A stretch of 64,000 nucleotides of DNA. Source: a virus. The notes beneath the pieces are model-generated. The model ran no database searches and was not told where the DNA came from. It worked only from the letters and a program-made list of their open reading frames with translations. Numbering within the stretch: the first letter of the stretch is position 1; every line of letters starts with the position of its first letter. A program made the translations under genes and the position numbers. This document shows, piece by piece, positions 32,214-40,471 of the stretch. The stretch lies in IMG/VR virus record IMGVR_UViG_3300009071_000006. One strand, 5' to 3'.

Positions 32214-32681
32214 TTATCCTATATTTATGTAGTTTATATCGTTTTCTATAGATTCTGAAAATTCGTGAGTCCACTCATCTGTAAATATACAATCGTCTAA
32301 TTGCATTTCATGTCTCTTACTTGAGTCTAAATAAATTCTGCATGGCAATTGCATTCCTCCCATGTCTATTATCTCTTGATGGGCATGGTAGTGGTGTGGC
32401 GCTCCCTCTAATCTATCTATGGCATTGATGTCTCGCACTGAGTACACTTCGCCTTTTATTTGATGTCCATGAGTTTCCCATCCATCACGATTAGAAACAT
32501 ATGGTAAGCCCCAATGCTTATATAATAAAAATGGCGTTTCTGTTTTTCCTTCCGAAATAAAGGTTTCGTTTTCTAAAAACCTATGATTGTGAAAGGTGCG
32601 TTTAAGTGTCCCATAAACAAACAAAGGTATTCCTCCTCCAAGCTTGTTTAAGATTTCGTTTGTTGTTGGTATTATTGTCAT
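32214..32681 (-). CDS. Gamma-glutamylcyclotransferase (AIG2/GGACT-like)
   Basis: LFVYGTLKRTFHNH...GEVYSV...IDRLEG...Y matches the GGCT-like fold signature (YGTLK ... G.LY ... LD..EG). Confidence 0.65.
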   Translation of the reverse strand: MTIIPTTNEILNKLGGGIPLFVYGTLKRTFHNHRFLENETFISEGKTETPFLLYKHWGLPYVSNRDGWETHGHQIKGEVYSVRDINAIDRLEGAPHHYHAHQEIIDMGGMQLPCRIYLDSSKRHEMQLDDCIFTDEWTHEFSESIENDINYINIG

Positions 32682-32688
32682 GCTGTAA

Positions 32689-32718
32689 ATATATCAACAT
32701 GACTAACTTATTTGTCAA
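32689..32718 (-). promoter_or_regulatory. Sigma70-type promoter (TTGACA 32718-32713 overlapping the upstream stop codon), 31 nt from the GGCT ATG
   Basis: Minus strand AAAAAAACTTTAAAGTCTTGACAAATAAGTTAGTCATGTTGATATATTTACAGCATG. Confidence 0.45.
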
Positions 32719-32897
32719 GACTTTAAAGTTTTTTTAATTCTGTAGTATTTATCTACAGATATGCCAACTTTCCTGCAAGCATCAGTAATTGAAAAGTTTT
32801 TCTTTTCAAGAATACTGTTTACTTTTTTTATTTGTTTTAGCGATTCCTTTAGCCTTTTAGCATCATTAGCTTTTTTAACTGCTCTCGCTTTTTCCAT
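32715..32897 (-). CDS. Small HTH DNA-binding protein (60 aa)
   Basis: ORF track. FSITDACRKVGISVDKYYRIKK is a typical helix-turn-helix. Confidence 0.5.
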   Translation of the reverse strand: MEKARAVKKANDAKRLKESLKQIKKVNSILEKKNFSITDACRKVGISVDKYYRIKKTLKS

Positions 32898-33013
32898 TAT
32901 TTTAGAAGCTCTATAACGCCTATGGCTACAACTAGCCCTGCTATAATAAATATAATCTTTCCTTTATTAGAAAGCTTTGAGTAATAAGATTTTAATAATA
33001 ATAAGTTTTTCAT
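32897..33013 (-). CDS. Micro-ORF, 38-aa membrane peptide
   Basis: Own translation: MKNLLLLKSYYSKLSNKGKIIFIIAGLVVAIGVIELLK. Coupled at both ends (ATGA and TAATG overlaps). Confidence 0.35.
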   Translation of the reverse strand: MKNLLLLKSYYSKLSNKGKIIFIIAGLVVAIGVIELLK

Positions 33014-33486
33014 TTTCGCTCTGAAGGTTTAATTGGGAAGGGTGGGCGTGTCTCAGAGGTTAACTTCTCTAAGTGTTCCCTGTTACTCTTTGAGCATGAC
33101 GTAGCAGTCTTACGCGCTACAAGTATAGGAATGAATAAATATAACACTAATGCAATTGCGGCGACTATTAGCCATTTCTCAACTTTTCCTATAAACTCTT
33201 GAAACTTACCCTCTTGCGACTCCATACCTTTTTCTAAAGCATTCTTTGCTATAGTCTCTACATCTCCTGTAGAAAGTAGTTCAACAGTCTCTTGAAGTTC
33301 TTTATTTTCATCTAACAACTGTGCGCCTTTGCCTACGCCATAACCAATAATTGCACCTCCTCCTGCCATTGCAGGACCGCCTAAGCTTCCCACAACTGCT
33401 CCACCTGTAGCCCCCGCAGGAGCATAAAAAGATGACATCTTACAGCTTGTTAGTAAGATTAACACACTTAACCACCACCACTTCAT
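33010..33486 (-). CDS. Lipoprotein with glycine-zipper region and C-terminal TM helix (u-spanin-like topology)
   Basis: Signal peptide plus lipobox LLTSC. GATGGAVVGSLGGPAMAGGGAIIGYGVGKG glycine zipper. C-terminal WLIVAAIALVLYLFIPILVA. Confidence 0.55.
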   Translation of the reverse strand: MKWWWLSVLILLTSCKMSSFYAPAGATGGAVVGSLGGPAMAGGGAIIGYGVGKGAQLLDENKELQETVELLSTGDVETIAKNALEKGMESQEGKFQEFIGKVEKWLIVAAIALVLYLFIPILVARKTATSCSKSNREHLEKLTSETRPPFPIKPSERK

Positions 33487-33528
33487 ATAATATATTATAT
33501 CACAATACCTTGCTAGGTCAACGGCTGA

Positions 33529-34122
33529 CTATGCCCATGCCATACCCTTCTCACGAAGTAGCTTATAATCTTCTTTGTATAACTGTGCAAGGTCTTGCTT
33601 TAGCGAGTATGGCATTTTTTCTCTGCCTCTTGATCTAGATATGCTTTTTCTCTCAAGCTGTCTATCAAACGGCAAGCTCCACTCATCCACCATCGCTTCC
33701 CAATCGTTTTGTAGGTTGTGAAAATCTAGTAGCCTTAAATCATCTATGCCCTTATACATAAAAGAATATGAAGCAAAATGACAGTAGTGTCCCTTTGTGT
33801 TTTTATTTCTTTTACATATCTGCCAAAAAATTTCATGCATTGTAGTATTTCTTTGTAACGCTATGCTCCTCCAATTGTCATAACCCAAGAACCACTCTGA
33901 CTGTAGCCTCATGACGGGATCTCTTACTACAGAAAATGATTTATCCCACTCTTGCCCTAGTCCTTCAATCTGCAACCCTGTGTAGTGTTGATACCCTTTG
34001 TGTGGACAGTACAGGTATTCCTCTTGGCTCTTCCTTAGTTTTTTTATGCCCATAGCTTTCGTTATGGACGTGCCTCCTGTCCTTGGTATATGAAGAAATA
34101 ATATATTATCTTTTAATGGCAT
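33529..34122 (-). CDS. Family-2 sulfotransferase-like protein (paralogue 1)
   Basis: LFLHIPRTGGTSI and VVRDPVMRLQSEW. The start is uncertain: ATG at 34122, or TTG at 34149 as in the ORF track. Confidence 0.65.
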   Translation of the reverse strand: MPLKDNILFLHIPRTGGTSITKAMGIKKLRKSQEEYLYCPHKGYQHYTGLQIEGLGQEWDKSFSVVRDPVMRLQSEWFLGYDNWRSIALQRNTTMHEIFWQICKRNKNTKGHYCHFASYSFMYKGIDDLRLLDFHNLQNDWEAMVDEWSLPFDRQLERKSISRSRGREKMPYSLKQDLAQLYKEDYKLLREKGMAWA

Positions 34123-34155
34123 TACCTCTTTACTAATGCATGATGTCAATAAGCA

Positions 34156-34416
34156 TCAAACTGAAAGAATTGCGAGTGTTTCTAATTCCTTTTTTAGTTC
34201 GGGATATTTATTAGCTATCTTCCTCATTGCTTTTTTCTCTATTTGATATACTGCCTGTTTTGACATTACGCAATATTCAGCAATCTCTGCACAAGTATGT
34301 GGGTGAGTCATATTATCTACCATCTCTGATAGCTTTTCATTGATCTTCTTCGTCCTAACACCCGTCTTCTTGACGTTTCCTGCGTAACTTCGATTTTCTT
34401 TTCCTCGTTCATTCAT
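34156..34416 (-). CDS. Sigma-70 region-4-like HTH protein (86 aa)
   Basis: HTCAEIAEYCVMSKQAVYQIEKKAMRKI resembles sigma region 4.2 (..eEIAe.lg.S...V..ie.rAl.KL). Confidence 0.5.
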   Translation of the reverse strand: MNERGKENRSYAGNVKKTGVRTKKINEKLSEMVDNMTHPHTCAEIAEYCVMSKQAVYQIEKKAMRKIANKYPELKKELETLAILSV

Positions 34417-35038
34417 TGTTTATATAGCAAATATCTCCGTGTCCATTCTTCTTAAAATATTTATCTTCGTGTACTTTAGAAAAGTTGTTGTTTAACAAGA
34501 AAGCATTTAATTCATTTGCCAAGCACCCACCTTTATAAAATTCTTTTACCGAAGCTTCTACTACTAGCCTTTTAACATTATTTATGTATTCGCCAAAGCC
34601 TTTCAAGGCAAGTAGTTCCGCACCTTGGACATCCAATACTACATCAAGTAACCTGTCCTGCCATTTGGAAGTATCTAATATTTTTTCAATTGTAGTAGAC
34701 GTCAAATCTATAGAGTTAGTCTTTTCAAGCATATATTTCCACGCTTGAAGCTCATAGATAGAAGATGATCCTGCGTGTGAGTCTTTTTTATTTAAAATTA
34801 TATTAAACTGATAACTTTGTCCTGCCTTGTCTGTAATCAACTCATTCAAAGGAATGAAATTAGTTTTATGCATTGCATTGCAATTTTTTACATTGGCTTC
34901 CATGTATTCAAACTCTTCGGGAATAGCTTCTATAATAATTCCGTGACGATATTTTATATACTGACTGACGAATGCAAATCGACTTGACCCAATAAACAAT
35001 AGATCAACTCCATCCCCACTAGGTATTCTTTTATCCAC
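34409..35038 (-). CDS. FkbM-family SAM-dependent methyltransferase
   Basis: DLLFIGSS..., EAIPEEF, and LDVQGAELLALKGF...VVEA, matching the FkbM-type D.QG.E...L.G signature. Confidence 0.55.
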   Translation of the reverse strand: MDKRIPSGDGVDLLFIGSSRFAFVSQYIKYRHGIIIEAIPEEFEYMEANVKNCNAMHKTNFIPLNELITDKAGQSYQFNIILNKKDSHAGSSSIYELQAWKYMLEKTNSIDLTSTTIEKILDTSKWQDRLLDVVLDVQGAELLALKGFGEYINNVKRLVVEASVKEFYKGGCLANELNAFLLNNNFSKVHEDKYFKKNGHGDICYINNE

Positions 35039-35684
35039 AATAAGTCTCCCTTACATACTTCATATATTCTGCGTTCTGAATGTAATCTAAATCCTCGTCT
35101 GTCAAATTGGGTGTTTCTACATCAACTCTTGTGTTTCCTTTATGCGACAAAGTCCATTTAATTTTTTCGCCATTAGACTCATACAAATTTTTGAACCACT
35201 TAGTAAGGTCACCCAACCTTACAACTTCATCAAACATGACTCCCTTTTGCTTCTCTAAAATAAAGAAGTCCTTTAGTCTTGCCTCAACCCATAACAATGC
35301 CTTTCGCACACCTTGCTCGTTACACTCTAATGATCCCCATTGGTTAGGTTTTTCTCCGAATCTTTCATTGTGTTTAACAAACTGATTGAGCAAAGATTTA
35401 CATTGATCTATTGGGTTTCTAACGACTATGTATTTTTTATACTCATCGAATTTTTCTCTCCCATATAATCTGACGAATGCACCTGTGCCTCCATGCCCGT
35501 AATCTCTCGTATCGATGCCGTCACCTTGCTTCCTAAAAGATTCCATAGTGCATTCTTGGGGATGTATATTCTGACGATATGGTGGCTCTTTGTCGTAGTG
35601 AGACCTTGACCAAGTTGCCATCGTTGAACCCCCACATTTAGGATTATGGAACACTAGAAATTTATATTTATCTGATATTATCAT
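35031..35684 (-). CDS. Family-2 sulfotransferase-like protein (paralogue 2)
   Basis: FLVFHNPKCGGSTM and VVRNPIDQCKSLL. Confidence 0.6.
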   Translation of the reverse strand: MIISDKYKFLVFHNPKCGGSTMATWSRSHYDKEPPYRQNIHPQECTMESFRKQGDGIDTRDYGHGGTGAFVRLYGREKFDEYKKYIVVRNPIDQCKSLLNQFVKHNERFGEKPNQWGSLECNEQGVRKALLWVEARLKDFFILEKQKGVMFDEVVRLGDLTKWFKNLYESNGEKIKWTLSHKGNTRVDVETPNLTDEDLDYIQNAEYMKYVRETYCG

Positions 35685-35688
35685 AGCC

Positions 35689-36429
35689 TCAATCTAATTG
35701 AACAAAGTTGCAATTTGGTTTGTAGGATTTCTTAATATACCTGTAAACATTACTTGATCTAGTGCCTATAAATGTGGAAGATTTTTTTGCAATTTCTATT
35801 TCCGCAAAGAACTGTAAAAGTTCTTGTTTTAGGTATATTTTTTTATTGTTCTCTTTTTCTGAGTGTCCATCCTGCGATTCCTTTGTTAAGTGCAAAACTT
35901 TTAAAGATAATTTTTGCCTATCAATAAACTCTTTAGCTTCCTTTATGCTTTTGTAGTCATCTGTCATAAGGAAGATTGTATCTATATTGGTGGGGCAGTA
36001 ATGAATATAATCCGAGGACTCGAATCGCTTTCCCTCAATTACTCCTGTAGTGCTTGCCTGTCTGCACTCCTTTTCTCCTACTTTATCCCCTCTCCTTATA
36101 TGAGCGCATACATAGGAATCAGGAAGGATTAGCTCATTTATTATATTGTCAATTTCAGATTTAAAATTCTCTGTGTAGTCAAAAGTAAATCCGAAAGGAA
36201 AATATTTATGATAAAGCTTCTCTCGTTTGTGTTTAACCAAATCCCTTCTTCCGAATGTAAAATTATTTGGAAATTGAAATAGAGATGAAATGCAGAACTT
36301 TCTAAAATATGGAGAGGCAGACTCTACATGAATTTTGTTTTCTGTGCCATGAATATATTTGTAATAAAATCCAATCAAGTTTTGCAATTCTGCACATAGC
36401 CCACTCCTGCCAATTGTAAATGTTTTCAC
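35689..36429 (-). CDS. Fucosyltransferase-superfamily (GT11/GT23/GT65-like) glycosyltransferase
   Basis: N-terminal GRSGLCAELQN (compare GGLGNQ), CAHIRRGDKV (HxRRGD motif), and C-terminal FIGTRSSNV. Confidence 0.45.
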   Translation of the reverse strand: MKTFTIGRSGLCAELQNLIGFYYKYIHGTENKIHVESASPYFRKFCISSLFQFPNNFTFGRRDLVKHKREKLYHKYFPFGFTFDYTENFKSEIDNIINELILPDSYVCAHIRRGDKVGEKECRQASTTGVIEGKRFESSDYIHYCPTNIDTIFLMTDDYKSIKEAKEFIDRQKLSLKVLHLTKESQDGHSEKENNKKIYLKQELLQFFAEIEIAKKSSTFIGTRSSNVYRYIKKSYKPNCNFVQLD

Positions 36430-37118
36430 ACGAATTTAATTTTCTTACTTTTTATTTTTTCTAGAATAGTAAGAGCTTCTCTTTCTCTTTCCTGCGAATT
36501 GAATTTTTGATTATCCTTATCCCATCGAGTGACTGCGGATCGAAATCCTGCGGTGTGATGATATACGAGGTCTGCATATACTCCAAACATCACAGGATGA
36601 ATGCCCATAGATTTAGTTCTGTAGAGCTTTTTCCATTTAAGATTTTTTTCTTCAACTTGATCCTTTAATACTCCTCCTGTGTCAAATTTCACTTTCCATG
36701 TTAAGCCTTGGTTTCTCCATGTTCCAAATTTGCAAAATGCAAAAGATGGATGCGGAAAAGTGTGATTCATTTCTTTTCTCACAATCGACACAAAGTCATA
36801 TTTACTAATCCAATTTTCTATGAATTTATTTAAGGGTGCTATAGGAAAAGAATCACCATCAAGAAATAAAATTATGTCATCATCTGATGCATCTTTTATT
36901 TCTGACACAAGCTGATCAAGTTTTTTTGCGTGACCTTTGCTTCCGTCAATTTCAATAGAGCTTTGTCCTGTAAATGTAAAATTGATATCATCCAAATCAA
37001 TCTCAATCCCATCAATGTAGCTATAAACTTGGTAATGCTTTAAGTTTTGCTTGAGATAGCTAGTTTGAATAGGAATCCATTGGCTAGACTTGTAATGTAT
37101 TGTTAGGACATAAATCAT
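36426..37118 (-). CDS. GT-A-like glycosyltransferase (DxD)
   Basis: IILFLDGDSFP DxD-type motif after an alternating beta/alpha N-terminus. Tentative. Confidence 0.4.
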   Translation of the reverse strand: MIYVLTIHYKSSQWIPIQTSYLKQNLKHYQVYSYIDGIEIDLDDINFTFTGQSSIEIDGSKGHAKKLDQLVSEIKDASDDDIILFLDGDSFPIAPLNKFIENWISKYDFVSIVRKEMNHTFPHPSFAFCKFGTWRNQGLTWKVKFDTGGVLKDQVEEKNLKWKKLYRTKSMGIHPVMFGVYADLVYHHTAGFRSAVTRWDKDNQKFNSQEREREALTILEKIKSKKIKFV

Positions 37119-37723
37119 TTTTTTATAGCAAAACTACGATCCGAGAATGTTGCGATGTTTTCTTTTATAAATTCACTTCCAAAGAACTCATCTAATGCAT
37201 CCTTTACCCTATCTTCTACGGGAGGATGATAATCATGCCCACAAAGAAACCCACCCTGCTTGATCTTAGGAAGCCAATTCTCAATATCTTTTATCACCGC
37301 ATCCTTTGAGTGATCTCCATCTAAGTAAACAAAATCTAATGAGCTTTCATCTGCTGATAAAGAAGCTCTGTCGGAGTAGTCGTGAAACACTTTGATTATC
37401 GTCTTGTCCTTATACCTTCCAACTCTTTCAATAAATTCTTTTTTTATTTCATCCCAATAAATTTTCTTTTTATCAAACGCCCAATTTGACTGACGATAAC
37501 TTTCATCCTTTCCCCAAATATCCACAAAGGTAGCTTCTTTTGGCTGATGTGATAGAAATACCTCAGAAGAAACTCCCCTAAAAGAACCTACCTCACAGAT
37601 TTTTTTGTCATTAATCCCACCGATATAATCAATTAAATCAAAAAGCCCTTGGGTATGACTAGGTATGTCATTCCCGTTCGGGTTCATTCTTCTTTCATTT
37701 AGCAGTCTTTCTTTAGTATTCAT
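37115..37723 (-). CDS. Class I SAM-dependent methyltransferase (Methyltransf_24/TylF-like)
   Basis: ICEVGSFRGVSS (motif I) and VYLDGDHSKDAVIKDIENWLPKIKQGGFLCGHDY. Confidence 0.6.
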   Translation of the reverse strand: MNTKERLLNERRMNPNGNDIPSHTQGLFDLIDYIGGINDKKICEVGSFRGVSSEVFLSHQPKEATFVDIWGKDESYRQSNWAFDKKKIYWDEIKKEFIERVGRYKDKTIIKVFHDYSDRASLSADESSLDFVYLDGDHSKDAVIKDIENWLPKIKQGGFLCGHDYHPPVEDRVKDALDEFFGSEFIKENIATFSDRSFAIKK

Positions 37724-38297
37724 AATTAAAATATTCTATATCCTTTGCGTATTTTTCCGCAACGATTTGACGAGTTTCATCATCGTAGTATTTAGTGTAA
37801 TGCATATGTGACGATTTGTTTCTATGGGGAAGCTCTTCATCAATACCTACCTTTACGCAGAAAGCCTTGAAGTCTTTTTCTATGTTTTCAAATCTTATAA
37901 AGTTTTTTATTTTGTATTTTTTAGATTCAATCTTATCTAGCAGAGGAGTTGTTTTAAAATTTAATACAAACTGCTTAAAGTCTTTAGGGTCTTGACTCGC
38001 CTTTCTCCTTGTCCATTTCCACCAAGAAACCTCCCTGTCAAAAGGGTTTCGTATAGACACGCATAGATGGTATTCATCTAGTGATCCATATACTTGATCA
38101 TCCCATAATTTTTCATAACGAGACAGGGGTAAATGCTTTGCATATTTAGTTCCAAAACTATCACCAAAATCAAAGCAATCTTTCCGTTGCTCTGTTACTT
38201 TAGAAAAGTCTATGTATTTCCTAAGAGCAGTAACCAAGGAAACCGAACCTGTTTTTTCGGGAGTAATGAGTATAAACTTTTTCTCAAAGCTAATCAT
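37713..38297 (-). CDS. Family-2 sulfotransferase-like protein (paralogue 3, divergent PSB loop)
   Basis: FILITPEKTGSVSL and SIRNPFDREVSWW. Confidence 0.5.
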   Translation of the reverse strand: MISFEKKFILITPEKTGSVSLVTALRKYIDFSKVTEQRKDCFDFGDSFGTKYAKHLPLSRYEKLWDDQVYGSLDEYHLCVSIRNPFDREVSWWKWTRRKASQDPKDFKQFVLNFKTTPLLDKIESKKYKIKNFIRFENIEKDFKAFCVKVGIDEELPHRNKSSHMHYTKYYDDETRQIVAEKYAKDIEYFNYEY

Positions 38298-38949
38298 TTA
38301 AAACCCAAAAGTCATCCTGTGCGCATCCTGCTAGGTTTCCTGCAATCTCTAAAGTGTATCCTTTATCTGATAGGAATTCTCTTTGTATGTTCATCTGCTC
38401 ACCATTATCAGTATAGGCGTTATGCTCTATGGTGATAACTCGAAACTTGTACTTATCCCAAGGGATCAATTTCATAGCAGGAGTAGTTGCTTCCTCAATG
38501 TCAATTGTTAGGTAGTCGATTACTTCGGGGAAACCTTGCTTATTGAACTCTTCTTCGTAATTCAATTCTAATGCATCACAGGGAGCGTATAGCATATCTT
38601 TGTTTCTTACTCCTTGCCAATCCCTTGGAATCCAATCGAGCATATCTATGGATATCCCTCGCCAACCTAAATTACGCTCAAGGAAATATGTGTTTGATAG
38701 AGAAATCGATTGATTGCAACCAATGTCTACCCATACCCCATCTCTTTTTCCGTTTAGATGCTCAACCACAAACTTGTCCTGCCCAAGTTGGGAGTAAAAT
38801 ACTACTTCAGATGGCAATCCTTCTGCATTGACAGGCTGATGCGTTCGCAAAGTTTGATACTTTGGATAAGGTGATGCTCGTACAAAACCATCCCATTCTT
38901 CATTAATAATCGGTGCTTCTAATTTATTTATTTTATATGTGTCTTTCAT
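38290..38949 (-). CDS. FkbM-family (Methyltransf_21) methyltransferase
   Basis: SQLGQDKFV...GVWVDIGCNQSISLSNTYFLERNLGWRGISID and ITIEHN. Confidence 0.55.
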   Translation of the reverse strand: MKDTYKINKLEAPIINEEWDGFVRASPYPKYQTLRTHQPVNAEGLPSEVVFYSQLGQDKFVVEHLNGKRDGVWVDIGCNQSISLSNTYFLERNLGWRGISIDMLDWIPRDWQGVRNKDMLYAPCDALELNYEEEFNKQGFPEVIDYLTIDIEEATTPAMKLIPWDKYKFRVITIEHNAYTDNGEQMNIQREFLSDKGYTLEIAGNLAGCAQDDFWVLND

Positions 38950-39815
38950 CTATAGAATTTTAAATTTTCGGGCTGTCCGTAATATTTCATCTTGTCGTAT
39001 TGTCCGCCAAATACTGATTCGTTAATATATGTATTACCAAATTGTTTTGCATAGTAAATCGCTTTCGTAAATCCACTATGATTTATAAACAAATGAGAGC
39101 ATCCAAGCATCTGTAGGACTTGCCTATCAAAGTCGTGATAGTCCCCAATATCTACACGAACTCGATCTATCTCTCCTAGTTTTAAGAGATCATTACTTGT
39201 TCCTGCCCTTCCTGCATCCGAGGATATTATTGTTATCTTCATTTCTGCACCCGAAGACATAGAGATATTATTTTTTATCCAATCAATTAGACTTACATAG
39301 TAATCATATGTATATCCGCACTCTCTCATATAATCTGATCTATCTCCTCGCCTTACTTGAATAATGACCTCATCAATTTTCTCTATCTCAAATCCATAGT
39401 AAAATAATTTTTGGTATTCTACTTTTGGTCTATTCTCAACTTTCCATTTAATGAGTTTATCGTGATGCCACATATTTAACTTCCAAGGCTCTACCCTTGG
39501 TGTTCCTTTTACTATGCAAAGAGTGCCATCATCGGAGTCTTCTATAGCATTGCAAATTTCTTTAAAGTCTGCATAAGGTAATCCGTTCCATTTAATTGTG
39601 TCTGCAACAATAATTTGTTTATCAAATTCACTCGGTGCCTTCATGTGTTTCTTGCATCCTTCTTCATTGAAGAATCTGCTATGTATTTTATCCCAATAAA
39701 ACTCATTCCACACAGGATGCACACCTGCTTCTTCCGCAAAAGCCCATAATGAATAGAGAGTCCTAGCTTGATCCCCACTTCGTCCACCATGCATATCAAA
39801 TTGTACTCCCTTCAA
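38946..39815 (-). CDS. Fucosyltransferase-superfamily (GT11-like) glycosyltransferase
   Basis: HGGRSGDQARTLYSLWAFA (compare GGLGNQMFQYA), IIQVRRGDRSDY, and C-terminal LGCSHLFINHSGFT. Confidence 0.45.
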   Translation of the reverse strand: MKGVQFDMHGGRSGDQARTLYSLWAFAEEAGVHPVWNEFYWDKIHSRFFNEEGCKKHMKAPSEFDKQIIVADTIKWNGLPYADFKEICNAIEDSDDGTLCIVKGTPRVEPWKLNMWHHDKLIKWKVENRPKVEYQKLFYYGFEIEKIDEVIIQVRRGDRSDYMRECGYTYDYYVSLIDWIKNNISMSSGAEMKITIISSDAGRAGTSNDLLKLGEIDRVRVDIGDYHDFDRQVLQMLGCSHLFINHSGFTKAIYYAKQFGNTYINESVFGGQYDKMKYYGQPENLKFYR

Positions 39816-40471
39816 AACTCAAATCCCCACTTTTCTATATCACGCATAAAATAATCTTCTACAATTTTTTTACTTTCTTCGTTATATGTATCTTGCCTAT
39901 TTGATTTGGTCGAGGATTTATTAACATGACCTAATTTATTTTCTATCTTTAATTTTTTACAGAGTGTATCGTAATCTGCATTTAGATTTTCATATCTTCC
40001 AATAAAATCCATTTCCCTGTCGGCATTATCGAAGAAGGAAACTTGATCGCCCTGCATCCAATCGTAATTTGTTTTTATCCACTCATTAAAATCTACACCT
40101 TTTGTAGACTTTTCTTTTTCTATATAGTGATCATCTCCTTCCTTCCACCTTTCGTAACCCATATCTTCTAAGACTGCCCAATTGACGGGCTTCCAAGGAA
40201 TAATCTTTTCATTCTGATAATATGTCCAAAAAGATAGAACTAAATCCCACGGGTTTCTAATAAATGAAAAGCAAAAATATTCCGACAAATCTATCAAATG
40301 CTCATAGAACCAATCTAATTTAGAATGCTTTCTTATCCACGGATATTTCTCAAATTGCTCATCCCAAGTTAGTTCATCATCTTTGAATGCTTGAGTAAGT
40401 GTATATTCAATTGATGAGGTTGCAGTCTTCGGGACTTTAATGTAGATAAATTTATTTTTTTCCGAGATCAT
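39812..40471 (-). CDS. Family-2 sulfotransferase-like protein (paralogue 4, divergent PSB loop)
   Basis: FIYIKVPKTATSSI and FIRNPWDLVLSFW. Confidence 0.5.
   Translation of the reverse strand: MISEKNKFIYIKVPKTATSSIEYTLTQAFKDDELTWDEQFEKYPWIRKHSKLDWFYEHLIDLSEYFCFSFIRNPWDLVLSFWTYYQNEKIIPWKPVNWAVLEDMGYERWKEGDDHYIEKEKSTKGVDFNEWIKTNYDWMQGDQVSFFDNADREMDFIGRYENLNADYDTLCKKLKIENKLGHVNKSSTKSNRQDTYNEESKKIVEDYFMRDIEKWGFEF

Noticed and set aside
34144-34149. TTGACA at 34149-34144 as another early-type promoter.
   Set aside because: It lacks the upstream A-tract. It coincides with the TTG listed as the ORF start of the sulfotransferase, and the ATG lies only 21 nt downstream, so the leaderless geometry is not met. 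It is probably fortuitous within an operon.
35426-35635. Same-strand alternative-frame ORFs inside large genes: 35426..35635, 55191..55415, 57477..57680 and 2713..2910.
   Set aside because: They are short (65-74 codons) and embedded in genes with clear motifs or in long structural genes. They have no start-site signals.
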